Below, in pieces: positions 1 to 10,509 of a DNA stretch of 42,691 nucleotides. The position numbers and the translations under genes were made by a program. The notes under the pieces were generated by a model, which worked only from the letters and a program-made list of their open reading frames with translations, had not been told where the DNA came from and did not search any database. The stretch covers positions 1 through 42,691 of the forward strand of contig JALAGF010006564.1 of NCBI GenBank assembly GCA_030167865.1, in the 5' to 3' direction. Within the stretch, counting starts at the first letter, position 1; each line of letters opens with the position of its first letter. Origin of the DNA: Craspedostauros australis (taxonomy: Eukaryota).

Positions 1-85
1 TGCATCTGCATCTGCACCTGCGCCCATACCTTCTTCCATCTTTTGCTCATTGCCCACAATGCGTACAAACTGCCACAATATGCTC

Positions 86-2179
86 CTACTTGGCATCCCG
101 CCAAGCGTTCGGCACCATCTTGTCCGGCAACTGCATCGGAAATCGAAATGGCACCTCCCCAACCTCCTTTTCGACGAACCGGACGTAGTCGCGAGGGACC
201 CCACCCAACGATCGGAACGTATCCTTCACCATCATGCGCACGGCATACACGGTCACTTGGGGGTGCTCCGGATGCTGATAGCGCTCCAGGATCTGACAGT
301 CGTACCCAATCGACGACTTCTTCCACAGATCCTTGTTGACGAACTGCATCGGGCTGTCCAGGATGTTGCTGTGACATTGCAGGCCCAGGTTGATGGGATA
401 TGGCAGAGTCTGCTGTTCTGCTTCGGTGAGGAGGACGGGCTGGTGGTTGTACTTCTCGACTGACACAGCCAACGGCTGCAGCTGCTGCCTGGAGTGTCCT
501 TTGTACGCCTGATCCCACGCCTTGCCGTAGTCGATGACGACTTCTTCATCCTTCTTGATGTCGCGGATTGCGACGTAGTCCATCGACAGGGTGATATTCC
601 GATGATCTGCCAGCCGCAGTGGACTCTGTGTGAAGGACCAGTCCAGCTGGGAGAGCTCGTGGTTGGGAGTCCAGCGTATGGCCACGTTCGGTCGTCTGCG
701 GCTGTGGTTGATGTAGGATACGGCGATGCCGTACGGACACAGGAGGATGGTGCTCGACACATGTCCGAAGCAGTAGTTCATGAGGAGGGAGTATTCGTGA
801 CGGGTCGACTTGGATGGTCTGTAGTCCTTCACGAACGAATCCCACACTTGCCCGTAGCTGTCCATCCGCTCCTTGGTGGTGACGATGAGCGGGGAACCGG
901 TGATGACGGTGCCTCTGCTGATGGCCATGTTGGCCAACGCACCGAGGTTGTGGACCTTCGATGGTCCCTGACGGATCATGTCCAAGCAACGCGAGTTGTC
1001 ACCATACATCAGCTCTTCGACACTTCGGACCGCGTAGGGCTGATGCAGCGATCGGACGCCGTTCGTGACGACATCATGCACGTATTCGTACTTGTGGGGG
1101 AAGGCCTGGAGGGTGTGGGATCGGAACGGGAAGCGACGGATGATCTTCCACAGATCTCTGGCGTGCGTTGCGTTGGTAGGTGCGAGCGAGTGGAATCGCT
1201 TCGTGAGCTCCTCCGCCTGCTTGAAATCGGACCGCATGGGACGTCCCTTGTATCGATCCCGTCCCTCGAACCAATGATCGCCGTAGAATGTGAACAGCTC
1301 TCCACCGGGTGGCACATGCTCCTCAGCCATCGACTGTAGATAGTGGTACTTGGTGGCATCCATCTCTTGCGGAAAGACGTTGGCGGCCGGTTCTATCTGC
1401 CCGATGTTGAGCAAGGGCAGGTGGCTGTTCATGAGGGACAGAAAGCCCGGTGCGAAGGCATCCATGCTCCCCCTGTAGATGCGCCCATGCCAGGCGTAGT
1501 CCTCGATGGGATTGCGAATGGAGGATGCGATCTTTGGCACGGGGATGACCATGTCAGCGTATCCGATGGTGTCATCCTGTTCGAGCTCGATGCCTGTGAA
1601 GATCCCAAGTCCGGCGTTGGGGATGGTCGATGGCGCGACGAAGAGACGACACTGTTCCTTGAAGCTGTTCCGTGATGTTCTTTTGAATGTGGTGGTTGGC
1701 TTGGTGGGTGTGTCCATGTTGCTCATATAATCGAGAGCATGATCATCATCTTCATCCGTCTCATCATCATCATCATCAATGACTTCGTATGGCTGTGCAG
1801 GTGGTGCATCATCATCATCACCATCATGTCCATCTCTTTGCTTCCATTCTTTGTGTGTACTTGTACTTGTACTTGTACTCGTACTCGTACTTGTGTGTTT
1901 GCTTGTCTGCCTGAATCTCCGCCTCCTCCTGTGTTTGCGTGCTGTCAATCCTCCCGATTCTGTTGCCTGCACCAACAATGGACCTATCGATGCACCTATC
2001 GATGCACCTATCGATGCACCTATCGATGCACCTATCGATGGCGCTGATGACGATGGCAACGATAGTGGTATGGATAATGGTTGTATCGAAGTCGACAGAT
2101 CCGTGGCGATGAGCAGCAGGGCATGTGCGAGCTGGATGATGGAGAGGGGAGACAGCAGATGGTTGCGTCTCAGTGTCAT
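86..2179 (-). CDS. Putative secreted tandem SET-domain protein methyltransferase (diatom BacSET-like), ~697 aa, intronless
   Basis: First ATG at 2179 is followed by a hydrophobic leader (MTLRRNHLLSPLSIIQLAHALLLIATDLSTS). Two SET-like modules: APSTIPNAGLGIFTG...LMNSH...GGELFTFYGDHWF and GPSKVHNLGALA...YINHS...IRDIKKDEEVVIDYGKAW. Stop TAG at 86-88. Confidence 0.8.
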   Translation of the reverse strand: MTLRRNHLLSPLSIIQLAHALLLIATDLSTSIQPLSIPLSLPSSSAPSIGASIGASIGASIGASIGPLLVQATESGGLTARKHRRRRRFRQTSKHTSTSTSTSTSTSTHKEWKQRDGHDGDDDDAPPAQPYEVIDDDDDETDEDDDHALDYMSNMDTPTKPTTTFKRTSRNSFKEQCRLFVAPSTIPNAGLGIFTGIELEQDDTIGYADMVIPVPKIASSIRNPIEDYAWHGRIYRGSMDAFAPGFLSLMNSHLPLLNIGQIEPAANVFPQEMDATKYHYLQSMAEEHVPPGGELFTFYGDHWFEGRDRYKGRPMRSDFKQAEELTKRFHSLAPTNATHARDLWKIIRRFPFRSHTLQAFPHKYEYVHDVVTNGVRSLHQPYAVRSVEELMYGDNSRCLDMIRQGPSKVHNLGALANMAISRGTVITGSPLIVTTKERMDSYGQVWDSFVKDYRPSKSTRHEYSLLMNYCFGHVSSTILLCPYGIAVSYINHSRRRPNVAIRWTPNHELSQLDWSFTQSPLRLADHRNITLSMDYVAIRDIKKDEEVVIDYGKAWDQAYKGHSRQQLQPLAVSVEKYNHQPVLLTEAEQQTLPYPINLGLQCHSNILDSPMQFVNKDLWKKSSIGYDCQILERYQHPEHPQVTVYAVRMMVKDTFRSLGGVPRDYVRFVEKEVGEVPFRFPMQLPDKMVPNAWRDAK
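1857..1892. repeat. Coding hexamer microsatellite (GTACTY)x6 encoding the Thr-Ser run of the SET protein
   Basis: gtactt gtactt gtactt gtactc gtactc gtactt read directly. Confidence 0.9.
1982..2040. repeat. Coding 12-bp tandem repeat (ACCTATCGATGC) x~5 encoding SIGA/ASIG repeats
   Basis: Four perfect copies and one nearly complete copy read directly. Confidence 0.95.
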
Positions 2180-3522
2180 GATGAGATTGTGCAGACGTCC
2201 TGTACTGGCGTGGTACCACAAGAATACCAGGATGGAAGGCACAGGGTGCTGGATGCGGATACGTCGTCGAAGAATGGGAGATTGAGGATGGAGGCTGGAT
2301 GATGGAGGATGGATGGCAGGAGTGTGCAAGGAGTGTGGGAAGTGGATGAGGATGTGTCGCACCACATGTGCGGTCATCGTGAGAGGAGAGACAAAAGGGG
2401 ATCAGTTGCCCTTCGCCTCTCTTTGATTGGAAGATCCACGACTTGGTCTGTTCGAGTTGGTTCAGGTGGATTGCTCGAATGGGTCGTCTTTCGCTCTTTG
2501 TGCCGTCTGGACTTGGCGGAGAAGTGTGGAGATGATGTACTATGTGTGTGGCAGAGTAAGTGCATATTCCTGACCTTCGAGGTAGGCACGTAGGTACTTC
2601 TGCTCTTCAGCGACGTGCGGGCAAGCACCCTTTGATATGAGTCTCCAGAGACAATGCGCGATGCACAACTCAGCGAGTACCAAGAGAGACCGCCAGTTCC
2701 AATCGCGAGTCAAAACACCCATCACCCATACTCGTACGACGTCATTGAAAATGCGATCTGATCTAGGAGATGCCCATGCGCACTCGGCCTATGGCGTTGC
2801 TCACTCAAGATCATTCAACAGGCTTAGTTGACGCAAGAATTCCCATCCAATAGTATTGCAAAGCATTGGAAGAGATTGCTCTACCAGGCATGCCAAGACT
2901 TACATTGATATGCTTGTAGTGCCGAGTGATGATGGCTCAGGTTCGCCAACGTTCCCAGAATCGATGCACTCGTACGCTGCGTTTGACATACCCATATGTC
3001 TCCGGCGCTATAGATCATGAATGAGGCTCCTGATTCCAATTTGATGTGTAAAGTATATACTATTTCACATACTCCACGTACTCCATGGGAAGGTGATGAA
3101 GATGGTGTGAAGATTACTGTTTTGGGTTGTGTCAGAGACGACTCAACGGACTCCATTTCTTGCAGATCCAGACTCGTCTGTGACAACCACCAACGCACAC
3201 ATCAAGAAACACAAACGCATGAGCCATCAACTCAACCGAATCCATTCAACAGAAAGCACCAACACCTCAGGTTGCAACACAACGCGGAGACGGCATTGCA
3301 ACGTTGCAACATTGCGACAATTGCTTTTGACATACCAAGAGCTTCGACGTCTCCTCACCAAAGCCTGATACCTGTACGACCAACTCCACAACAAGTGAAA
3401 GAGTGGAACAATCAACGTTCCCAATCAAGTTGCGTGATCAAAAGAAGTACACTCTGCTTCACGCTCCAAAGTCCTCCACCAACAGCGCTGCTGCAGCAAC
3501 CACCGTCACCGCCAGCAACAGA

Positions 3523-5605
3523 ATGAAAGTTTCACCCATGGTTCTTCCGACGCTCCTCGCGAGCATGATGCCTCGGACATCGCGTGCCTTCGTCCCATCT
3601 CGTGTCGCCTCGACGGCGCGATGGATGGCATCCACTGCGGCGTCGGAGGAAGCCGCCACGGCACCCAAGGACGACCAGGAGGAGGAGCCAATGCCTCTGC
3701 CGGACATGGAAGAGATCGTGTCGTTGTGCAAGCGACGTGGAATCATCTTTCCATCGAGCGAGATCTACAACGGATACGCTGGATTTTACGACTACGGTCC
3801 GTTGGGAGCCGAGATGAAGAAGAATGTCAAGGATCTTTGGTGGAACTACTTTGTGCGCCGACGTGAGGATGTCGTTGGTTTGGATTCGAGCATCATCCAC
3901 AATCCAACCACCTGGAAATCGAGTGGTGAGTTGCGAGTGAGGAGATTTGATCAGAATGAGCCAATGTTCGTCATCGATGGAATTGTTTTGTGGATGATGA
4001 CACAAGTACATACTCACACCCACACAACTGCTTGCTTCATCCCTTGCTATCTTTGTGCTCGCACTTGTGGGCGTCCTCGTTCTCACACGAAATGCGCACT
4101 TCAGGTCACTTGGACGGATTCTCCGACCCCATGGTGGATTGCAAGGAGACCAAGTTGCGGTACCGCGCCGATCAGCTCTTCTACGCCCCGATCGTGCTAC
4201 AGGAATCTGGTGAAACCGTCGGCTACGTCTGCGTGCAGGAAGCCAACGATGAGGACATGGTCAAGGCAGCCAAAAAGATGTCCAAGATGATCCTCAAGGA
4301 AAAGGACCTGAAAGGCTCCAAAATCGAACCTTTTTCCTTCACGGAGGTTGTGGAGGCCACGGAAGAGTTGATGGCGCAGATCCCATCGCCTGCCAGTGGC
4401 AAGCCGACGTTGACCATGCCACGCGACTTCAATCTCATGTTCGAGACCAAGGTCGGTGCCATGGCCGGCAACGAAAACACTGCGTACCTGCGTCCCGAAA
4501 CCGCGCAGGGTATCTTTATCAACTTCAAGAATGTCGTGGGTGTCTCGCGACAGAAGATTCCGTTCGGTATTGCGCAGATCGGAAAGGCCTTCCGTAACGA
4601 AATCACGCCCCGCAACTTCATCTTCCGATCCCGAGAGTTCGAGCAGATGGAGGTGGAGTACTTCATTCCACCAGGCGATGATGTGTGGGGAGAGTTCCAC
4701 GAGCAATGGATCCAGGACTCGAAGAAGTTCCTGCTTTCCGTTGGTTTGAGAGAGGATTTGATGGGCTGGGATGTCCACGAGGGAGATTCCTTGGCGCATT
4801 ACGCACGTGCCTGCACCGATGTCACCTTCAGATTCCCATTTGGCGAGCAGGAGTTGATGGGAATTGCTGCGCGTGGCAACTTCGATTTGACGCAGCATTC
4901 CGAGGGATCTGGAAAGAGTAAGTTGCCTCACGTGGCGTCTATGTGTTCGTTGGCAAGGAGTGCGTTGATCATCAAGCGAGTTCTGGGGTGGCGGCATCTT
5001 GCGTCTCACAGTATGCCATGCCATCACCATCACACCATTGCCAATGACAACAACGATCTCACATTCCAACACTTGCGATCGATGTCTCTGAATCACTTGC
5101 CATGGTACCCTGCTATGGTACCCCGCCAATCACAACAGGCCTTGACTTCTTCGACGACCAAACCAAGGAGAAGTACATCCCGCACTGCATCGAGCCTTCG
5201 CTGGGTGTCGACCGCCTCATGCTCGCCCTCATTTGCTCTGCCTACGCCGAAGATGAGGTCGGCGGAGAGAAGCGCACATTCCTCAAGTTCCACCCCGCCA
5301 TCGCACCCATCAAGGTCGCCGTCCTCCCGTTGCTGAAGAACAAGGAGCAGCTCGTGAGCGTTGCCAGGGAGCTGTTCGAGAAGCTCCAGATGCGTTACAA
5401 CGTGCAGTGGGATGCCGCCGGTGCCATCGGCCGACGATACAGAAGAGCCGATGAGGTCGGTATTCCATTCTGCATCACGGTTGACTTTGAGACTGTTGAG
5501 GATGATGCTGGTGTGACCATCCGTGATCGCGACTCCACGGAACAAATTCGCGTGCCTTTGGATGAAGTCATCCCGTACTTGAGCAAGGCCATCGATGGGT
5601 TCTAA
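3523..5605 (+). CDS. glyS: Glycyl-tRNA synthetase, alpha2 homodimer type, organelle-targeted; exons 3523-3925, 4105-4917, 5139-5605 (560 aa)
   Basis: Motifs [92 protein letters not shown] and anticodon domain [16 protein letters not shown] introns 3926-4104 and 4918-5138 restore the frame. Confidence 0.95.
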
Positions 5606-5929
5606 ACGCAATAGAGTAATAATACCATTATTATGTAACACAATACTGTTGTAGAGAGAGGAGCACACTTCCCGGACATATCATGGACGGCAGCACCTTG
5701 CAATGGATTGGATGCTTTTACATTCACTATAGCAGACCGAAAGAGACTCCAGCGTCTACTTGCTTTGGCTGTCTCTTGTTCAGCGACCTGATGCCTGCAC
5801 ATGGACACTCCGACGCATTCATTGAGCAGTCGCAACACAACTGCATGCTTCGATAAAATGCACTACATGCACAAAAAAGAACGAAACCAGTAGAGTACCT
5901 CCTTTGTTTATGACTCCTGATCGTGCAAT

Positions 5930-6660
5930 CTAGAGACGACGACCGCGGCGACCACTCTTGCGTCTGGTACTGTCAGATGGAATTGGGGTGACATCTTCGA
6001 TACGGCCGATCTTCAGACCGTTTCTTGCCAGCGCTCGGAGAGCGGACTGCGCTCCTGGTCCTGGACTTCGGCTCTTGTTTCCTCCGGTTCCACGGATCTT
6101 GATGTGAAGGGCGGTGAGGCCGAGCTCCTTGCATCGCACAGCGACGTCCTGTGCGGCAAGCATAGCAGCGTATGGGGAGGACTCGTCACGGTCGGCCTTG
6201 ACCTTCATTCCTCCTGTTACTCGGACCATCGTTTCTCTTCCGGAGAGATCGGTCACGTGTACGAATGTGTCATTGAAGGAGGCGAAGAGGTGGGCAACGC
6301 CGAAGACTTCCTCGCCCTCGAGGAGTCGGACTCCGCCCATTGCTTGTTCGTTCTCACTGCACGCGTGAGGGAATAGGCGATGGTGTTTCGTATCAACACA
6401 GCGTCGATATCACGGTCCCAAGCATCGGTTCATCGTTTCATTCCGGCGGTTGCATCCAGTTGGCGTTCCCAGCATCATCGTTATCGTCGCATTCGTGATG
6501 GATCCAAAGGGTGAAGCAAGCGACGTGATATGGTGAGTTGAATTGAGATGGAATCGTCTTGGCATGTGGCAGGGAGCACCTCCGTCAATCCGAGAATCGC
6601 CATCATCGCTGCTTCTCAAAACACTCCGCCGCGAGGCAACATCCTCAACACTCACGCCAT
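5930..6660 (-). CDS. RPS14: 40S ribosomal protein S14 (uS11); exons 6660-6656 (ATG GC) and 6356-5930 (143 aa)
   Basis: [26 protein letters not shown]...[18 protein letters not shown]...[23 protein letters not shown]. Donor ATGGC|GTGAGT and acceptor TGCAG|TGAG join in frame to give [10 protein letters not shown]. Confidence 0.95.
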
Positions 6661-7270
6661 GGTTGCTAATTCGGTCTGTATCTCAGTTCAATTCGACGAT
6701 GGTTGGAAGTCGCAAAGGTGATGCGGACAGTGCTGTTGCTGTTTGGTGTCAGTCGCTGCGGATGGTGGTGTTGTTGTTGGCGCTGTTGCGGGAGGTTTCT
6801 GTCATGGTGTTCCACCAACAATTCCGACCTCTGTCAGACTCTTTAGTAACCGCGTAACTTTGCCACACAACGCCAAATATTATTCGACTGAGTCAAAATC
6901 ATGGATGATAAATACGACTCAACAAGAGTCTACACACAAATGTAGAGAAGAGAAATGCAGCACGGCCTCAAAATGTTCCGTCGATCAAGGCCGATATCGG
7001 CTCAACGCAACAACTATTCGAATACGACAGATCATACTCTCTCCCAAGACATATACTATTTTTGTTCGTGCTCATTCATTCGTTTATTCGATCGTCCAAT
7101 TTGTTGATCTGTGTGATTGTTCATTCCTTCATCGTTCGTTTGTGTGATTGTTTGCTTACATGTCATTCATTTCGTAGTTCTTGCGTCCTCATGCGCGTGT
7201 TCTTGATTCGAGTGGAATGTTACATCGTGCCATGTGCCATTATTGCTCCCAATTTCCCAGTATGAAACCT

Positions 7271-9766
7271 TTAGGTGCTCATGTAGGTGGCCATGTCGAT
7301 CTCATCTGGAAGCTCTGGGATGTTGACCTCGAATCGGCTCTGCACCTTCTCCAAGATGCCCTGGTCAGCATCGCTGGAGGCGAATGAGATGGCGATACCC
7401 TTGGTTCCGAAACGTCCGGCACGTCCCTGCAGTTTTTGCGAGCAGGAGTGTGTCGATGGTTGTTGTCGTGTCGTTGTAGTTGTAGTGAGAGGAAGACAAA
7501 GAATGGGTTAAACTCTGTGTTAACATTGGAAGGGACGACAACAAAAACAAATGCAATATCGCAACCCCATAGAACACAAACACAAGCAGAAGCACAGAAC
7601 CGTAACCACGATGATCCACCACGTACCACGCGGTGCAGGAACTGGTCGCTGTCATCTGGGAAGTCGTAGTTGATGACGACGTTGACACGCTCGATATCGA
7701 TACCTCGGCCGAAGAGATCTGTGGCGACGAGAATTCTTGCATTGAAATCCTTGAAGCTCTTGTACTTGGCGATACGCTCGTCCTGTCGCATACCGGCGTG
7801 GATGCAGATGGACGGGAAGTTGCATTCCGTGAGGAGGCGGTTGAGTTCCTTGGCGCGCGCGACCTTGGAGACGAAGATGACGACTTGGTTGAACTCGAGG
7901 GCGTCGAGCAGGTCATTGAGCTTGCGGTTCTTCTCGGCTTCGGCGAGTTTGGCGTAGTACAGCTGGAGACCGTGGAGGGTGAGCTTGGTCTCATTGTCGA
8001 CGTAGATCTCCATGGGGTCCTGGCAGAATTTCTTGCAGACTGGGCGGATTTCCTTGGAGAGGGTGGCGGAGAAGAGCATGACCTGCTTCTCGTGCGGGGT
8101 CATGCGGAAGATGTCCTGGATATCGCGTCGCATGTCCAACGATTCGAGGATGCGATCGCATTCGTCCAGCACGAAGTGCTTCAAGGCGTCGAGCTTCAGG
8201 TACTTGTCACGGCAAAGCGCCAAGATGCGGCCTGGTGTTCCGACGACGACGTGCGGGGTGTTGTTTTTCAGGATCTCGATGTTTGATTTGATGTTGACTC
8301 CACCGTAAAAGACTGCGGTCTTGACGTCTGGGAGGTACTTGGAGAAACGTTCGTATTCGTGGGCGATCTGGAACGCGAGCTCACGTGTGTGACAGAGGAC
8401 GAGGGCGGAGACCTTGTCGTCCTCAACCTTCAGCTGGTGCAGTGTCGCCAGGACGAAGACTGCTGTCTTTCCCATGCCGGACTTTGCCTGGCAGACGATG
8501 TCTCCACCGAGCACGGCCTGCGGGATGGTCTCGTGCTGGACCTCACTGGGATGCTCGAAACCGGCATCAACGATGGCGCGGAGCAATTCTGGCTTGAGGA
8601 GGAAATCCTTGAATCCAGATGCGTGGATGCCAGCGTAGTGCCCTCTGCTCATTGATGCGTGGTTTGTTTGTTTGTTTGTTTGTTTGTTGCGATGGATTGG
8701 CAGATCAATCGGACGGTGGAATGTCGACGACGGTGCGAAGGAATAAATTTCGATTCATTTCATTTCGTTTGGTTGGACAGAAATACGGCGCGTCAACATT
8801 TGATTGAATTTGAAATCGACGCGAGCGTTGCCATTGCCATTGTCGTTATCGTCGTCGTCATTATCGTCGTTGTTGTGTAGTGTTGCGTTGAATCCAATTT
8901 GAACGTTGCAAAGGATGGATGGGGGTCGGAAAGGATGACCAGATGTATGGATTGAGAAGGAGAAGAGGAATCGGGAGATTTGACTTTGCCATCATTTGCT
9001 GCTGTTGTCTTCATGTTCGTAGCTGGAATGCCACGGTTGTCGCATCATCAACTGCAGGAAGGCTCACAAGCTGACCAGCTCACTAGTTGACTGGCTGTTT
9101 GGTTCAGCAGCCGACGGCATGGCTCCGCTTGTATTCCCTGCTACCATACAAAGCGTTCCATGAATCATGCCCAAGTATGCTGATTGTGGCAATGGCATCC
9201 ATTCTGATGAGCACCTGACGAATCAAACGGATCGGCGCCCAAGGGCTCGTATGAATGGACGCTCGATGCTTGATCCTCGCACCCAAACACGCTCAAATGC
9301 AAGCAGGGCACAAGATGCGCAAACACAAAGCAACGGCGCCCATGACAAAGGCTTCGCCATTGCCGTTTTTCGTGCGAAGCTGAAATGAATGACCGTTTGA
9401 TGCCGATGTCATCGATCTGTGTCTCTTGGATGCAATTGGATCGCATGCAACTCACCTCTCGGCTGCGCCGCCGCTGTCTCCGGCTGCGGCATTGTCGGCT
9501 GTGACTCCGGCGGTCTGTTGCAGGAGGGATGGCATGTAAAGCAGAGGCAACGCATGCAGGCGGGTGGGTGAGTCATTCGTCCATGCTCTCCTTTGCATCT
9601 TTTCGTTGACTCACTTCGCAGAATCCAACGACATATCTTTTTGATACCACCCGATTCGGCCCATGATCGGATCGATGGCGTTGTCTTGGCTTGGTTCGGA
9701 ATCTCCTCCTCCGGCACGCACCTCCTCCTCGTCGTAATCGACAAGCTCTTCCTCGTTATCGGCCAT
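7271..9766 (-). CDS. UAP56: DEAD(DECD)-box RNA helicase UAP56/SUB2/DDX39; exons 9766-9722, 9514-9456, 8644-7627, 7426-7271 (425 aa)
   Basis: N-terminal [58 protein letters not shown], and spliced [14 protein letters not shown]. All three introns are GT-AG and phase-compatible. Confidence 0.95.
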
Positions 9767-10509
9767 GGTTGGATGTGTCGTGTTGGTATTGGTATTGTTA
9801 TTGGTGTCGATAGTGGGGTTATGGTTTGTGGTATGTGTGGTTTGTGTGGATGTTGCTGTCAGCAGTCTCGAGTTGCTCTCTTGTGGATTGGCGAACGTGG
9901 CTGGTTTCTTGGCGCAGCTGTTCGCGCACATTTCGTGCGGTGTTGTGTCGTGTTGCGTCACTCTTTGCGTTGGGGTTTGCGAGACCTCGACAAATCATGG
10001 TGTTGTTCGTGCTTTGTTGGTTTTCGTGCGACATCGAAAGACATTTCAGAACTGTTTGAAAAACGGAGAATTTGGTCGCATGAATCATACAGCAAAGTCT
10101 AGTCCATATTTAGCTAGAGAGAAAGCCATTAGCGATACTCGAACAGCCACTCCACCGATACTCAGCTGCACCATCAATCTCGCTGTGTCCATTCTACTCA
10201 TAGTTGGGGATCTGTATTACAATAATGATGGTTGGTACGTATTATATGTCGGTATGTATGATATAATACTTGAATAAAAATGAATATCCACATGAAGTGC
10301 GTTCCAAGCGTGTATTCGCGCGGCAATCAGGATCGAAGGGACTTTGTGCGCAGTCCAAGCAAAGTAAGGTGAAGCATAGCCGTGTCGTTCTTGCCCCGTC
10401 TTCGCTGTCGACCCTTTCACCGCCAATCGAACTCGCCGCATCTAGTCTCCTCCCGCCATAACATCTCCACTTCACTCCACCCGACCGGCTTACCACACCA
10501 AAAGCGCAA

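Noticed and set aside
2180..2377. N-terminal 66-aa extension of the SET ORF
   Set aside because: Reads like a pyrimidine-rich 5' UTR and would bury the signal-peptide-like segment; the ATG at 2179 is preferred, though the upstream ATG is not formally excluded
6357..6655. snoRNA in the RPS14 intron
   Set aside because: No sense-strand CTGA box D in the intron and no clear H/ACA structure
9098..9175. Possible intronic box C/D snoRNA on the minus strand (ATGATT...CTGA with TTGG/CCAA ends)
   Set aside because: Box C deviates from RTGATGA at the position pairing with box D, and I found no rRNA guide of 10 nt or more; needs snoscan or Infernal
9204..9300. CTGATGA resembling a hammerhead ribozyme core
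   Set aside because: No stem II closed by a following GAAA (only GAAT, GTAT, GATG) and no convincing stems I and III
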